Assembly (NCBI GenBank): GCA_010093745.1
Contig: MU005957.1
Span: 248,001 to 312,000 of the forward strand
Direction of reading: 5' to 3'
Length of the DNA: 64,000 nucleotides
Source: Piedraia hortae CBS 480.64
Lineage: Eukaryota
Shown: piece after piece, positions 34,932-47,568 of the stretch
Position numbering within the stretch: the stretch's first letter is position 1
Layout: the number at the start of each line of letters is the position of its first letter
Program-made: the position numbers and the translations under genes
Notes under the pieces: generated by a model
Databases searched by the model: none
Seen by the model: only the letters and a program-made list of their open reading frames with translations
Told to the model about the DNA's origin: nothing

Positions 34932-36299
34932 ATGGTGTTTCTTCCCCCTGAGATGGTTCTTAAAACCCTAAAGCATCTGGCCGATGACACATCCACCTTA
35001 TGCAATGCTTTGAAGGTCAACAAGATGTGGTCAGACCTTGCCACTGATTTTCTTTGGCGCAGTGTTGAGCCTGGCGTGTTTGAGACAATTGACGAGTCTA
35101 GAAAAGAACGGTATCTACGCAAAGTGCGAGAGTTGAGGCTCACCGCAACTCAATCGTGGCGCACTATGGTGAGGTCTAACCAAGTTCAAGTATCGTCTCT
35201 TCCGCAGCTATCAAGCATTGTTATTCACATTGTTATATTACGCCCCTACGTCCCAGAAGGCGTAGACGAAAGCCTTACGAATTGGATCCCAGGTAATATC
35301 AAACATCTTACCATCAGGGGAGGGACCTGGGACTGGCCTCGCCTGGCATTGACTTTGGACCGACTCAATGTTATTGAATCACTAGACCTTCGTGAAGCAG
35401 GGTACACCGTGTCCGTAGTGGAAAAGCTTCTGTCCAAACTAGCTTCGCGTCCGGGTTTCAAGCATCTCATGGTTCATGACGGAATGCATTCTGCAATGAT
35501 TGATCGCTGCATTGAAGGCCAATGGCCACGTGCTCTTATCGGCCAGGAAATTCCCCAGGATACAGTCCCAATTCCGATTCATCCCAAAATCAAACCCGAT
35601 TACGCCGTACTTGATGTGAGTGTAACTCGCCTGCAATCGATGGTATTTGACATGAGGTCCTTGTCAAGTCTACAAGAGCTGAAGATTGGCTTTCGATGGC
35701 CCCGTATGCGAGGCATTTGTAAAATTCAGCGAGATGATATACTAATCTTCAAGACTTTGACAAATTTACGTACGCTGGAGCTGTCTCTGCCAGATTCTTG
35801 GCTTTGTCCGACGGCTTACTTATTCAAAGATAAAGACCTAGGCGAACTGGTATCTGCCATGAGTAGCCTAGAGCACTTCCGGATTGACTTTTACAGTCAA
35901 TTCACGGCCATGGCTCTCGTTATGTTGGGAAGATCCTGCCCACGGCTTGTTTCATGCCTTTTCTCGTCGAACGTGTTCGACCTCGAGCCCTTGGGTTATG
36001 AAACAGAACCAATCTTCCCTAATCTCAAGTTCCTTTGTCTCGGTAGTGTGATGTTGGGACAGATGCGCCAGGACGATAAGATCGCCGCATATATCAAGGG
36101 TTTGATCATCCGACAGCACGCACCCAACATGGAGGTGTTTCACGCCAATGACGCCAATGTTGCGCACATTATCTCGGAGATGCGCCGCAACCGCAAAAGA
36201 CAGCGCAAGCAACAAATCTTGCATAGGTGTAGGGTGGCTGGAAAAAAGCTCTGGCGGTGTCTTCCGATCTGCGTGAGAGGCACCCCACCATTCCACTAG
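34932..36299 (+). CDS. F-box-like / leucine-rich-repeat protein
   Basis: N-terminal LPPEMVLKTLKHL....LCNALKVNKMWSDLATDFLW F-box-like pattern; LxxLxL repeats (LTNLRTLEL, MSSLEHFRI, CPRL, FPNLKFLCL). Confidence 0.7.
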   Translation: MVFLPPEMVLKTLKHLADDTSTLCNALKVNKMWSDLATDFLWRSVEPGVFETIDESRKERYLRKVRELRLTATQSWRTMVRSNQVQVSSLPQLSSIVIHIVILRPYVPEGVDESLTNWIPGNIKHLTIRGGTWDWPRLALTLDRLNVIESLDLREAGYTVSVVEKLLSKLASRPGFKHLMVHDGMHSAMIDRCIEGQWPRALIGQEIPQDTVPIPIHPKIKPDYAVLDVSVTRLQSMVFDMRSLSSLQELKIGFRWPRMRGICKIQRDDILIFKTLTNLRTLELSLPDSWLCPTAYLFKDKDLGELVSAMSSLEHFRIDFYSQFTAMALVMLGRSCPRLVSCLFSSNVFDLEPLGYETEPIFPNLKFLCLGSVMLGQMRQDDKIAAYIKGLIIRQHAPNMEVFHANDANVAHIISEMRRNRKRQRKQQILHRCRVAGKKLWRCLPICVRGTPPFH

Positions 36300-37024
36300 C
36301 CCTGCAAGACGAAAAAGTCCCATGGAGATCAAACGATGGGCAGCATGGTTCCTTGAACTTTTTTGCAGGCTGATTACTCCTCTGCGACTTTATCCGTCAA
36401 CGTTGAAAGGCGTCGGCCCTTTCAAACGTTTGGAATAAATGCTCTCGGGCGCGATCTTCATAATTACCCTATTCGCCCGTGCAAAGCTATATAGACAAAA
36501 GCGAGGAGGCGCTTCTAAACGACAACCCGTTTTCCGATGCACTTGAGTTTGCGTAAGCTTGAGCATAAGAGCAGTGGGATCAACTTGGCTGCTGCAAGAA
36601 CTGCTGCATGACATGGCTAAGACAAAAAATGCGGTAAGATAGCTGCCGAGGATGGGGTTGCTTGGGGTCTATACAGCCCTTGCAGACAGTACCATGGTAG
36701 GATTTTGCCAAAGAGTTAAGGTTTTCCCGGCATATCAGGGATGATATCGGTACTCATAGAACTTTCAGGGACCTAGGTAGAAGAATAAATTGATTTATCA
36801 TTCGAAAATGTGAGGTGCAAAGGAAAGTCCGTGATGTAGGAACGGATCACCTATAGCATTAAGCCCGGATGAAGAAAACGCCAGTTAACCCCAGTACAAC
36901 CCATAGATCGATATTTAACAATGGAGAAAAAGAAGAGAGCAAAAGGATCAACTGAAGAGCGAAACAAAAAGTTTTCATCATCATGCACGGACCGTGGCCG
37001 GTTTGTAAACTCACAAACAGCCCA

Positions 37025-37946
37025 TCATTCCCCTCTGAGCGTATCCATCAACCCCCAATCCATCATTTCAAACGGCAGACGCGCCTTCCGCTTCCCCTTT
37101 CCCCCCTGGTCGCTCAAACCCTCACCCCCAACATCCGTCGTCGCCGGATTCTCCAACCCAATCCCCTCCATCAAAACCCCCACCTTCCAAATTTCCTTCC
37201 TCATCCTCCTCTTCTCCACCAAAGGCTTCTTGACTCCCGCATCAACCTTCCTCAACGTCTCGCGAAGCGATTCTCCTGCCTTCTTCTCTGCGACAGCAGT
37301 ACGTATCTTCACCCTCCCATCAACCTTCACCGGCTCGCGCAGCCTCCCTCCCACCTTCGTCATCTTCATCCCCACTTCAGCATCACTCTGCACCATGGTA
37401 TCAAATCCTACCGTCTTGCGAAGCGACCGTGCCGTCCTTTCCTCCCTCCTCTTCATAATTCTCTAACAACATCTGCTTCTTCCTTGCTCTGAGCGCATCG
37501 CGGAGGATACACCCTCTCAAATTTTCAGTGACATACTCCCCGACAATATGTCTATGTTCAAACGACGAGGGTACTTGGATCGTGACCAGCTGGTCGAGGT
37601 GTTGGGGTATGCATTCCTCGCTGAGACGACGAATGCGATGAAGGCGGAGAGAGGTGTGGAAGGTATCCTGGTCATTGAAGAATTTGGCGGCGTTAGTGAG
37701 GGCGAGGAAGAGGGTTAGGGAGTAGGGTGTCACTGCGCGGAGGTCCGAGGGGAGGCAGGCTTCGCTGGGGTGCGTGCCGGGGAATTTCGAGGCGAGAGAG
37801 GCACAAGCGGCGGAGAATGCTGCGTGAGCGACTGGGGTGGTGGATGGTGGGTATAGAGGTGGGAAGTCCCAGAGCGGTGCGGTGGCAGCGGGATCTTGGT
37901 AGGGAGACTCCGCGGTGTCGGGGTGCCTCGCGGTTCCCAACTCCAT
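37025..37946 (-). CDS. Hypothetical protein split over two frames (frameshift or unresolved intron near 37400-37460); paralog of 39149-40042
   Basis: ORFs 37401-37946 and 37025-37456 match the central and C-terminal parts, respectively, of the neighbouring 297-aa ORF. Confidence 0.55.
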
Positions 37947-39148
37947 GTTGGAGTGGTGCAGGAATTTGGGTTTGGTGTTTGTCGCTCAAAGAGGAAGAAG
38001 GCAAATTGTATGACGTATGGTGATGCGTTAGTGTATGATAAAAGTGGGCCATGTGGGTTGAAAGACAGATGTCAAATTTTTGACAGATGTCACTGGGGGA
38101 ATCTGCGGAGCATTGCAATAGCGATTTCGCTGCGTTGTGATGAGGGCTACATATCGAATAACAGTACGAGTCACTGTGACTATTGACTACCTAGAATATT
38201 ATTAGGGCATTGAGCGGCAGTAAGCTTCCTCTCGGGCATGAGAACCACGACAACTTCCCAGAGGGTGCCCTCCGCACTGTAGTAATGTGATGGCAAATCG
38301 ATGTGACGCGAGTGGGGTCAGATGGTTTGTGGCATTCGAGTGATTTTTTTTCTGCGGCTTGCATCCTGGCCTTAGGCAAAGGTCGGCCCTCATTCAGATA
38401 GAGAGCTGATCATCTCATCTTCTAGTCTGTCTCATCGCCTCACATTCGCCCATCATCCCTCGAACTCGTTGGGCAGCTCCATAATCGAAGTGCCTGATGA
38501 GGCTCCCTCATTGGTGGCACAACTTCGCCTCGTTTGCTATTGCAGCGGCTCTGATCGATCAATATGAGAATTTGCTTTCGGGCAGCGGCTTGGACGGCTG
38601 TCGCTGCTGCGACACCCATTACGCGGCACCCATCATGTCTCCTCTCGTTAGCGCGACAAGGTGTTGGGGGTGCCCTATTGTTGTGTTGTGGCAGGTGTCA
38701 AAAGTTTGCTGTGTGGTTGTCAAAATCTTGGATGCGGGGAAATGACAGGCTCTGAAGTTTGGTCGACCGTGGCACTTTATTATGAACTCGCGTTGTGATC
38801 CAGCGTGTGGTATACATGCAGTTCTCGTGAGTTTCTATTGTGCGTGACTGAGCAAATTTATGCTATGGCGATAGGTAAAGTATATGTGGATTTCAGGCTG
38901 CAAGTAAGAAACCTGACTACCTCATCAGCGGATGGTGGCACGCACAGCTACTTGGTGGGCAAGCCCTTCTCTATGATGTATATACCCCGAACGCCAATCT
39001 TCAAAAGAAGAAGCACTAAAGCCATTGTCACATTCTGTTCGTCAGTGTTATTCTGTTAGCCAACGTCATTCTCTCCAAACGCGCCTTGATCCAATCACCC
39101 ACTATTGCCTTGCTACAACGTGAGTCGGGTTTTTGGGAAGCTCGCGAC

Positions 39149-40042
39149 TCAAAACGTAATCCTGCCCAATGTTTGCTCCAAGCCGGTCTCTCTATGCAAG
39201 ATCATAGATTTCCAATCCACCTCCTCAAGAGGCAAAGCGATCCTTGGATTCCTAATCGTCTCTCCCAAGTGGGTCAGGGAAATATTCGACTGGAGATTCT
39301 TCTGCTTATGCTGAGGGTTCATGTCTTCCACCTCACCATCACCCGGGATAAATTTATCCAGGCCCTTCACCAACTCGCGATAACCTTTGCGTTCCGCCTC
39401 CGAAAGCTCGTGGAATTCTTCCATGATGTCGACCGGCCTAGCCTTAAGCCTTGCAAGCGAGGAATGCATGTTGCTTAACTTGAGCACATCGGCGACCATC
39501 AGCCCGTACACGTTTTCGGGGACGATCTCAAACTCAGTCTCGGGAGTTGGGATGTTGAGGCGGACTATGGTTTCGGCTTTTTCGCCCTTGGAGCGACCGT
39601 CCTTTTTTCCTGCTTCTTTCAGACGCGTCAGCCGCACTTGCCTGAGATCATTGTAAAACTTGGCTCGGCTTGCATATGCACGGGAGGCATGTGCGAGTGC
39701 GAGTATCAAAGCGATAGTGTCAGGAGTTTTGGCTTTCAAGTCAGGAGGCAGGTAGGGTTTCCTGATATTGTAGTGGAACCGCTGTGCAAGGTCTGTTCTG
39801 GCCTTGTGAAGAAAGATCGTCAAGCAACGAAAGCGGCGCTTTGATTGTGCAGTGCCAGGAATAAGTTGCTGGTAATCTGGCTTCGGGACGGGTACGGCAG
39901 CGAAGGTAGAGGGGACCAGGCGGCGAGCGCGGCGAGCGCGGCCAAGTTCTGCCGTAACGAACGAGGGGGATGGCCCTTTTGTATTCTTCGGTGAGATAAC
40001 TGGTGATTTAGACATAATTGTAACCTCTTTGTTCACTTTCAC
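39149..40042 (-). CDS. Hypothetical basic protein, about 290 aa, unrecognised family
   Basis: 297-codon ORF; homology to 37025-37946 supports coding status; start uncertain. Confidence 0.6.
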   Translation of the reverse strand: MKVNKEVTIMSKSPVISPKNTKGPSPSFVTAELGRARRARRLVPSTFAAVPVPKPDYQQLIPGTAQSKRRFRCLTIFLHKARTDLAQRFHYNIRKPYLPPDLKAKTPDTIALILALAHASRAYASRAKFYNDLRQVRLTRLKEAGKKDGRSKGEKAETIVRLNIPTPETEFEIVPENVYGLMVADVLKLSNMHSSLARLKARPVDIMEEFHELSEAERKGYRELVKGLDKFIPGDGEVEDMNPQHKQKNLQSNISLTHLGETIRNPRIALPLEEVDWKSMILHRETGLEQTLGRITF

Positions 40043-40062
40043 GACTTGTCAGTCCGGTTAGT

Positions 40063-40093
40063 GGGGGGGGGGGGGGGGGGGGGGGTTGGGGGG
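40063..40093 (+). repeat. G23 homopolymer followed by TT and G6
   Basis: Read directly; G-quadruplex-capable. Confidence 0.9.
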
Positions 40094-41064
40094 TACTGGG
40101 CTTCAGCGACGGGGGGTTTACCTTTATGTATGTGGGAGTAAAATGTTGATGGTGTGGTGGATCTTGAAATTGAAAAATATCGGTCTTGGCGTGTGGAGGA
40201 GCTTGGGCCAATTGGTGCGCGTAACATTGAAATTTTGCCTCCACCGGGTTTAATTCCGCGCGAAGACCCAACGTCGATACCAACATCAATTCGAGCTCAA
40301 GCATTTGTACTTGTATGAACATTGATTCCTGAAGCTTGAAATAGTGCAAAGCAAACCCCGAATACAGATAAACATAGCTAATGTAGGTTCCACGCAGGGC
40401 AGCATTTCGAAATGCGGAACTTGCCACCACTCTCGAAATTGTTACGAGGATAATATACCAGCAATAGACCTACTGAAGTGTCCCTCTACTAAGGGGCGAA
40501 GCAAGCCTATCGAGGTACGCTATTACATTATACGCATCATGGTTGAAACTGGCATGATAGATGTGGGCCTCACAAAGCAACTAGGACTTGCGAAATCCGA
40601 CAGATCAAAGGAGTAGCTCGGCCTCACCGACTGCACGAGGCTTACCCCTGGCTTCGAAGGAACGGGAAGCCCTATAGCCAGGATGGGGACTTAGCTTCAC
40701 ATCTTTTCTCCAACAGGGAAAGCGGGATAATTGAAAGCGGAATATTCAATACCTATGTAGATGATTTTCAAGCATTGCTAGCATCGAGAAACAATAGAAT
40801 GATCAACAGCTGGCGTTGCCTGTCGTTCCCATTGCAAACCAGGTTGAGTGCCATTTGACGAAACAAGACTCGTTCACGTCTTTCCAGCGAACAGCGGCGA
40901 GAAGTGGTACTTCTAACCTTTCTTCGCCATATTGCTGATCTCTTGACTCGCAGGACATCGTTCTCATCAGTTTTCCCATAGGCGATGTTAGATTCCAGTC
41001 TTTTCCGAAGAGTGCGACGTTAAGGCGCTGTAAAGTGAGCAGCCTCGATCCGATCGCTTCAGCA

Positions 41065-41708
41065 TCATCGTTCGAGCAATGGCCCGCCAGAAGGCTCTTC
41101 TTCGGCTAGATCAGGATCAAACATACGTATAGCACACAGCAGGTTTGCTTCAATATCTCTCATGTTCCCAATCCCACGAAGTTTTTCTTCAAGAACCGAC
41201 TCCGCCTCGACCCATTGGCCCATCTTGCAATACAGCTCCCCCTGATCGCTGAATATGTGCCACAAAGTCTTATCAAGGCGAAGAGCGTACGAGTTCTGAC
41301 CAACTTTTAACGCCCGAACTGAGGCTGAATTAGCTTGCTCAGTCATTCAGGCAGCCTTATACGCTTCTACAAGGCTTAGGAGAATGCGGCTCTCAGATAT
41401 CTTGTTCGTGCATCCAGGCTTCCCTCTTCTTCGGCATCTTTCAGCAAGCGTTGGCGTCGCTCACCATCGTCACCCTTCGCCATCGAGAAAAGAACAGCTC
41501 CCAAGTCGATTACGGTCTGGGCCTTCTCTCGCAAATTCAATGTCAACTGTTGTATACGCCTAGCACACCAAAGATCCCTTTCGGGGCCTATCAAAACATG
41601 AAACTGCCACACGCGGTGCATCGACTCCGGTGTTAAGGGATGTTCCTTGCCAAGGACTTCGCGCCTACCGTCTAGAGCGTGCAAGAATGCAGTTCGCGCA
41701 TTGTTCAA
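41065..41708 (-). pseudogene. TPR-repeat gene fragment (type seen in fungal NLR-like proteins)
   Basis: ALDGRREVLGKEHPLT and GELYCKMGQWVEAESVLEEKLRG in broken frames. Confidence 0.55.
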
Positions 41709-41951
41709 TAACTATGTCACGACCACAGTCCTTTCGGCAAGCTGACAATATTTTCCGCCCATATCATAAGATGCCTTCAACATAATTCTAGAGGACGGCG
41801 TGGGCGGGGTTGAACGAGGAACGAAGGCCTCGTCAACTGGTTTACACGCAAATTCGGTATGGAAGACTGGGACTTTGTCAGTTTGCGTCGAAGCGTGGGT
41901 TACAAATTATGAGTATGAACATGGGTATGGTCTATCTCATTAAGAGAGACA

Positions 41952-44900
41952 CTAACTCTCCCAACCAACCCACTGGCGGCCTACAACTCGCCATATCCTC
42001 ACCTCGCCATTCCGCAGGTCACCTAGACGCAGTTTCTCACTGCGCACGCCCGCCTTCCTCTCACGCCCCTGTTCCCAACATCGGAGGGAGCGCCTTGATC
42101 CATCCCACTCTTCCACCACGCCAACATGGGAAGGTCCGTAATCGGCCTTGTACTTTGTCTTCATAGCGCCACTGTGTCCTTCAAACCTGGCCTGACGCAA
42201 AGTCACAATATCTCCCGGTCGAATCTCATCGTATTGCAGTGTACTGGCATTCGCGAGATTGGCATAGACCAGGGCACCGTAGGCTTTTGTGCCGACGGGC
42301 AAGAGCGCACCGGCCTGGGCTTGGATTAGCGCCAAGGGCAGGCTTGCTGCGGTGCCATCACCGAGGATGTTGTCTTTTTTGTTGTGACCAGCTGCGTTCG
42401 CGGCTTCCCCAATGGCCTTGCCGAATCGTCCCCAGTAAGCCTGAAGTTGATCTGGTCGCAAAGGAGCGGGCGGCGGCTCATGCCGCTGCTCTAACCGGGC
42501 GTCATACGGATCCCTCGGGTCAAAGTGAGCGGTGAAGATGGTTTGGCTGTAGTCGAGATACAAAACATAGACGTCCTTGGACGTGCTTGTCCGGCCCCCA
42601 CGTTTGCTCTGCTGGGTTTCCTCTGTCTCCCATAGGATGTCGTCACGGGCCTGTAAAGCAGGCGGCAGCGGACGAGGCAGAGTCCACCATTGCGTATGAG
42701 GTACCAGATCTATGTCGCGAGCCATGATTGGCTCTTCCGTTCGTCCAAGATCAACCGATCTTCGGCCAATATGGCGCGGTACGTCCTGGGAATGACGGGG
42801 GGGCTGCAAGTCGGTGGACTGTCGCGGTCGCTGCACATCGGTTGACAATCGATGGGGCACCTCCATTGACTGACGAGGATGTGCAGCCTCAAGCGACTGT
42901 CTGGCTGAGCGAGGAGGCAACGGAGCCGCTGTCTGTGGCTCATCCTCGTCTGCATCGCTTTCCACGTCGTGCTCAACGACGGGCGAGGCGTGAGAAACCG
43001 GTAGCGACGGTCGGCCTGTGTAGCGAAACGGATCGTATTCGTCCGTATCAGGAGCGGCTCGTGTCTGCTGTGGAATGGTGGGCGGTGCAGGTGGAGGAGC
43101 CCCAGGCACATCGAGCGACATTCGTGGGGGCTGCATATGCTGCGGTGGAGGAGGAGCTGCCGCACGAGGGACTTCTGGAGCACTCCCATCCAGGCTCGAC
43201 TCGTGGGTGTGAGCTTCGAGAGCGTCTTTGTGCTTGGCCTTGGACGCTATATCAGTATCATAGTCTCCTTCGTACTCGCTTTCTTGCAGGCTGCTGTGAG
43301 TAGCCTCCCGTTGCGGAAGAATATGGCCTGGGATAGGTGGAGCACGACTGGGCAGCTCAGAGGGAGTATCGGCCTCGCTGCTGAGGTACGACGACCGTTT
43401 GATTGGGGTAGATTGCGATATTTCCTGATGAACAGGCAACGGGGGCGGTATACCTGGCCTCGGAGGGAGCGGCTCCATCTCGGCCGACGAGCGTTTGGCC
43501 TTTAAGGACATTTCATCATCGCTTTCAGAGCCCGGGCCTGGAGACGATGGAGCTACAGGATGCGATTCTGCTGGCACTGGGGGCGCAGAGCGGTCTGTGG
43601 GAGATGAATCGTGGTGTCCTGGGATGGCAGGCACAGCTCGATCTCTTGGTGGCGGAGGCGGAGCCGGTCTGTCACTAGGCGGAGGCGGGGGGACGGAAAT
43701 ATCTCCTGCTGCCGAAGGAGGAGCTGGTCTCTCTCCCGAAGGTGGAGGTGGAGGAACTGGACGTGCTGTCGCAAGTCAGCGCTGCCTAGGAGGTATAAAA
43801 TGGAATGTAAAATGGGACGGCGAACGATGCAGTTCTAATGTGCAGCTTCTTTTGACACTTACCTTTGGGCGAGGGCAGGATCGTATCTTCGGGAGGCCGA
43901 GACACGTGTTCCTGCGAGTTCTCCAGCTGCTTGTCCTCTGCGAGCGGACTTTGAACGCGAGGCATTGCAGGACCCATGCCAGGGATGGCGATTGGCTGGG
44001 CCATGACGGGACGAGACTCTTGGCTGTCAGACACTTTCCTCTCTGGCGCACTCGGCTTGCGAACAGGAGGCATGCCGAATGGATTGAAGGGACCGCCACC
44101 CTGTTGTCCTCCTGCCAGCCGGGCCATACGTTCGCGTAGCCGCTGCTTGCGGAGCTCTTCCTCATCCATTTCTTCCTCTTCCTCAACGTCGTTTTCACGA
44201 GCGTCCTGCTCCCGATGGTGGTCATCTGCACTTTCGCTGACCGCCGCTTCGCCCCCAGTCTCACCTGCAGCAGGATGGCCAGTTTCTTCAGCCTCACTAA
44301 GAATATCCTGCGACGACGCCGGTGGCGCATCTGGAATGCGTGGTCGGTCTTGAGAGACGCGCTCTGACCTCTGTTCAGCTTCGGCGACGTCAGATGGCTT
44401 TTTAGCTGGCGTCTTGGGTACCGCCTTCTTAGCCATGTCTGCATGGCGGGACCGTTGGGCCTCTTGCTCCCTTTGCAACATGGCCATACGCTCTTTGAGG
44501 CTCAACGGTTTGGGGGCCTCCTGGTCCTCTTCAGTTTGTGTCGGACTTGGCTCACGCTTCTGGCCCTCGGCCAACGTGGGCTTTTGATCATGCACTACGG
44601 GCTTCTGAATCGGTTCCGACTTCTGAACGGGAGGCACATAACTGTGCTTGGGTGGATCAGCCACGAAAGGCTTTTTGATGTAGTCATTGCGCTGGGGCTT
44701 GTTAAACTGCACAGGAGCTATAGGTGCCTGTTGAGCCTTGTTAAAGGCAGCAATGCGGTCCTTGAAGGCGCTACTTTTAGGAGCCACAGGCGGCGGAGAC
44801 TTCGGCGCCGTTTCACCCCGGACGTCTGCAGGAGGCTGCTCTGCCGCAGGAGCTGCTGCGACCTTCTCCGGCGGCCTTTCCGTCAAAGGCGACGTTACTG

Positions 44901-45264
44901 GCTTCTCTGACTGGGAAGTAGCTACTGGAGGCTGTTCCGGTTGGACAAGCGGCGGTGCGGGTTGCTCCGCTGGTGGTGGTACTGACGGCGATGACAGCGC
45001 TGCGGCTTCGGCGGCCTGCGGCCTCGCCTCCTGGGTCCGCGCCGGTCTTGCCGGCCGCACGGGAATCTCGGGCTCGAAGCGCTCTACAAAGTTCTTTGGA
45101 AACAAGCCCTCGTGGCGCGTGCCTGTGCCGTCCGTGTATGTGCCCGTGTACCAATCATCGCCTTCTTCCTGCGTAACGGTGATGACTTGGCCCTCGGTGA
45201 ACTGCAGATCGTCCGCATGTTCACTGGAGTAGTCGTAGACGGCCTTGACCTTGAAGGACACCAT
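41952..45264 (-). CDS. BBC1: SH3 and proline-rich actin-patch protein Bbc1/Mti1
   Basis: N-terminal SH3 FKVKAVYDY...GLFPKNFV; SAFKDRIAAFNK; LSLKERMAML; intron 43766-43862 joins the frames (…PKARPVPPPPP); conserved C-terminal domain. Confidence 0.88.
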
Positions 45265-45815
45265 GTTGCCAGAGGGTGTCGATGCAAAGTTGGTGTCCAC
45301 GCGTCTCAGCGACGTCTCAGCGTCATCGTGCAGTTGGGGGCAGGCACGGGGCGCTAGGCCACTTGGCGTAACAAGACGTGACGTACGACGCACAACCACT
45401 CCCCGTAGACGTGAACTGCATGTAGCTCCGCCTCTGACGCCAAGCAGGCTGTTGACACCTGTCAAAAGCGTCAAATGACAGAATCAACCCACAAATTTGC
45501 ACTTTGCTCTATGTACGGTGTTGTATGTAGAAAGAAGTAAGTACTCTCGCAATCCATGTCCGTGGAGGTCTGCCAAGAACCCCTACGGAGGTACACAGTG
45601 TGATTGAGGCAGCAAGGCGCTGGTAATGCCACAGGAGCACTCGGGCTTGCGTTCTTGAGCCATCGTGACGTTGCTTGATTGCCCACTCTCATGCATGCAG
45701 AACTTGATTCTTCTCGTGAGCAAGTTTTAGATACTCTAAAACATAACGCTAACGGAAATGCGGCCATGTCTTTTGGCTCATTGCAAGCTATCGGCTGAAG
45801 AAAGATCAACCGGTA

Positions 45816-47341
45816 TTAACATCTATAAATGGCATCAGCCATTCTAACCACATGAGCCATTTCTTTCACGTCGTGTACTCGTACAATATCCGCACCGCCC
45901 TGTACTGCAGCCGTCACCGTAGCAGCCGTACCCCAGATGCGGTCACGAGCTTCCTTGACACCGGTGATCTTGCCAATGAATCCCTTGCGACTGGTTCCCA
46001 CGAGCCATGGGAAGCCATGCAAGCCGGGTGCCAGCCTAAGCTGCGACAGACAACGGAGCAGTTCGAGGTTTTGCTTCTGCGTCTTGGCAAACCCCACACC
46101 GGGATCAAGCACGATTCGCCATCGTCGGATGCCAGCTGCGTGTGCCGCATCGACCCGACTACGGAGCTCAGATGCCACGGTCGACACCAAGCCTCCCTGG
46201 TATGAGGTATGGTTTTGCATCGTATGAGGATTTCCGCGCATGTGCATCATTATATATGTGCATCCAAGCTTTGCAATTGTCGGAAGCATGTCCTCGTCCA
46301 ATAAGCCGGCCGAAATGTCGTTGATTATGTGCGCTCCTGCATCGATGGCTGCCTGGGCTACAGATGCTCGGTACGTATCTACCGAAATGGCAATCTCATC
46401 TTTTGCCGGGAGCGATCTCACGGCTTCGATAGCTGGAAGGATTCGAGAGATTTCTTCTTCGGCAGTGATTTCTGGGGCATGTGGCCGGGATGATTGGCCG
46501 CCGATGTCAATGATGGTTGCACCGTCGTCAATTTGCTTTGCAACGAGGCTTTCCAGAGCTGCTTTGTCTGTAACGGGATTCAAACCACCATCAGAAAAGG
46601 AATCGGGTGTCGTGTTCAGAATCGACATGATCGCAGTGGAATGCTTTGTATTTCGGGTATCAATCATCTTGTTACCAAGAGGCACATATGTGCCCATTTT
46701 TGGACCCGACGCTGCGACGGCATCCAAGTAGTCGTCCACTCGTCTTTCAAGTGGACGTACTCGACCACGAAGCAAGTCTCTTAAGGGACGGAGAACGAAT
46801 TCACGCTCTGTTAGGCCCGAATGGGGAACAATTAGACGTATGTCATTCACCTCTTCACCTTTGTAAAGGAGCACGTCTAGATCAATGTTGCGAGGGCCCT
46901 TATCTATGGTCTTGACACGGCCCAGTCTTTTCTCGATGGCTTGTAATCGATCCAAAAGATCCAATGGCTTTAACTTGGTTTCTATCTGAGACTATCAGCT
47001 ACTTGCATCAACAATGAGAGTGTTGGAAAACGAATTACCTGACAGACTCCATTCAAAAACCAATTCTGATCTTTAACGTACATCGGCTCAGTCTCATAGA
47101 GCGAGCTCGTGCTAACGATGCGCATATCCTCATCTTCATCGATAGCTCGACATGCTGCTTCAATCGACTCAAATCTATCCCCTACATTACTGCCCAGAGC
47201 GATAAACACGCCCTCGTCAGCCCTTTGCCCTTGCAACGTGCTGCAACTACGAAAAGACGGAACCTGTCTGAACAAAACTGTGGAGGTCTTGCAGCAAGGA
47301 CGGCAAGCCCAGCCATTGCGCAAGAAGCCGCGCATCAGCAT
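45816..47341 (-). CDS. FOL1: Folate synthesis protein HPPK-DHPS with mitochondrial-type presequence
   Basis: IALGSN, GPRNIDLD (HPPK); ILNTTPDSFSDGG, DIGGQSSRP, SRKGF, VRVHDV (DHPS); intron 46986-47038. Confidence 0.92.
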
Positions 47342-47568
47342 GCAAAAAAGAAAGCTTCGTGTGACTTTGGACGTTGTGATGCTCACGTGATGTGAACCGC
47401 CCTCCTCCCTGCAGGTGTCTGCCAGCCTCGGTTCGGCTTAGCGGATGGATCGTCCGAGGCTGTTCTGCTGGTGTGTTGTCCTCCTGGGCTCCATCCCCAC
47501 CTGTTAAACCTCTCAACCATCTCAGGAAACTGTATTCATCTCAAGAAACTGTCAATCAAACTGCAAAA

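Noticed and set aside
45816..47341. FOL1 lacking the DHNA domains of yeast Fol1 as a novelty
   Set aside because: To my knowledge HPPK-DHPS without DHNA is common in filamentous ascomycetes, so it is probably ordinary.
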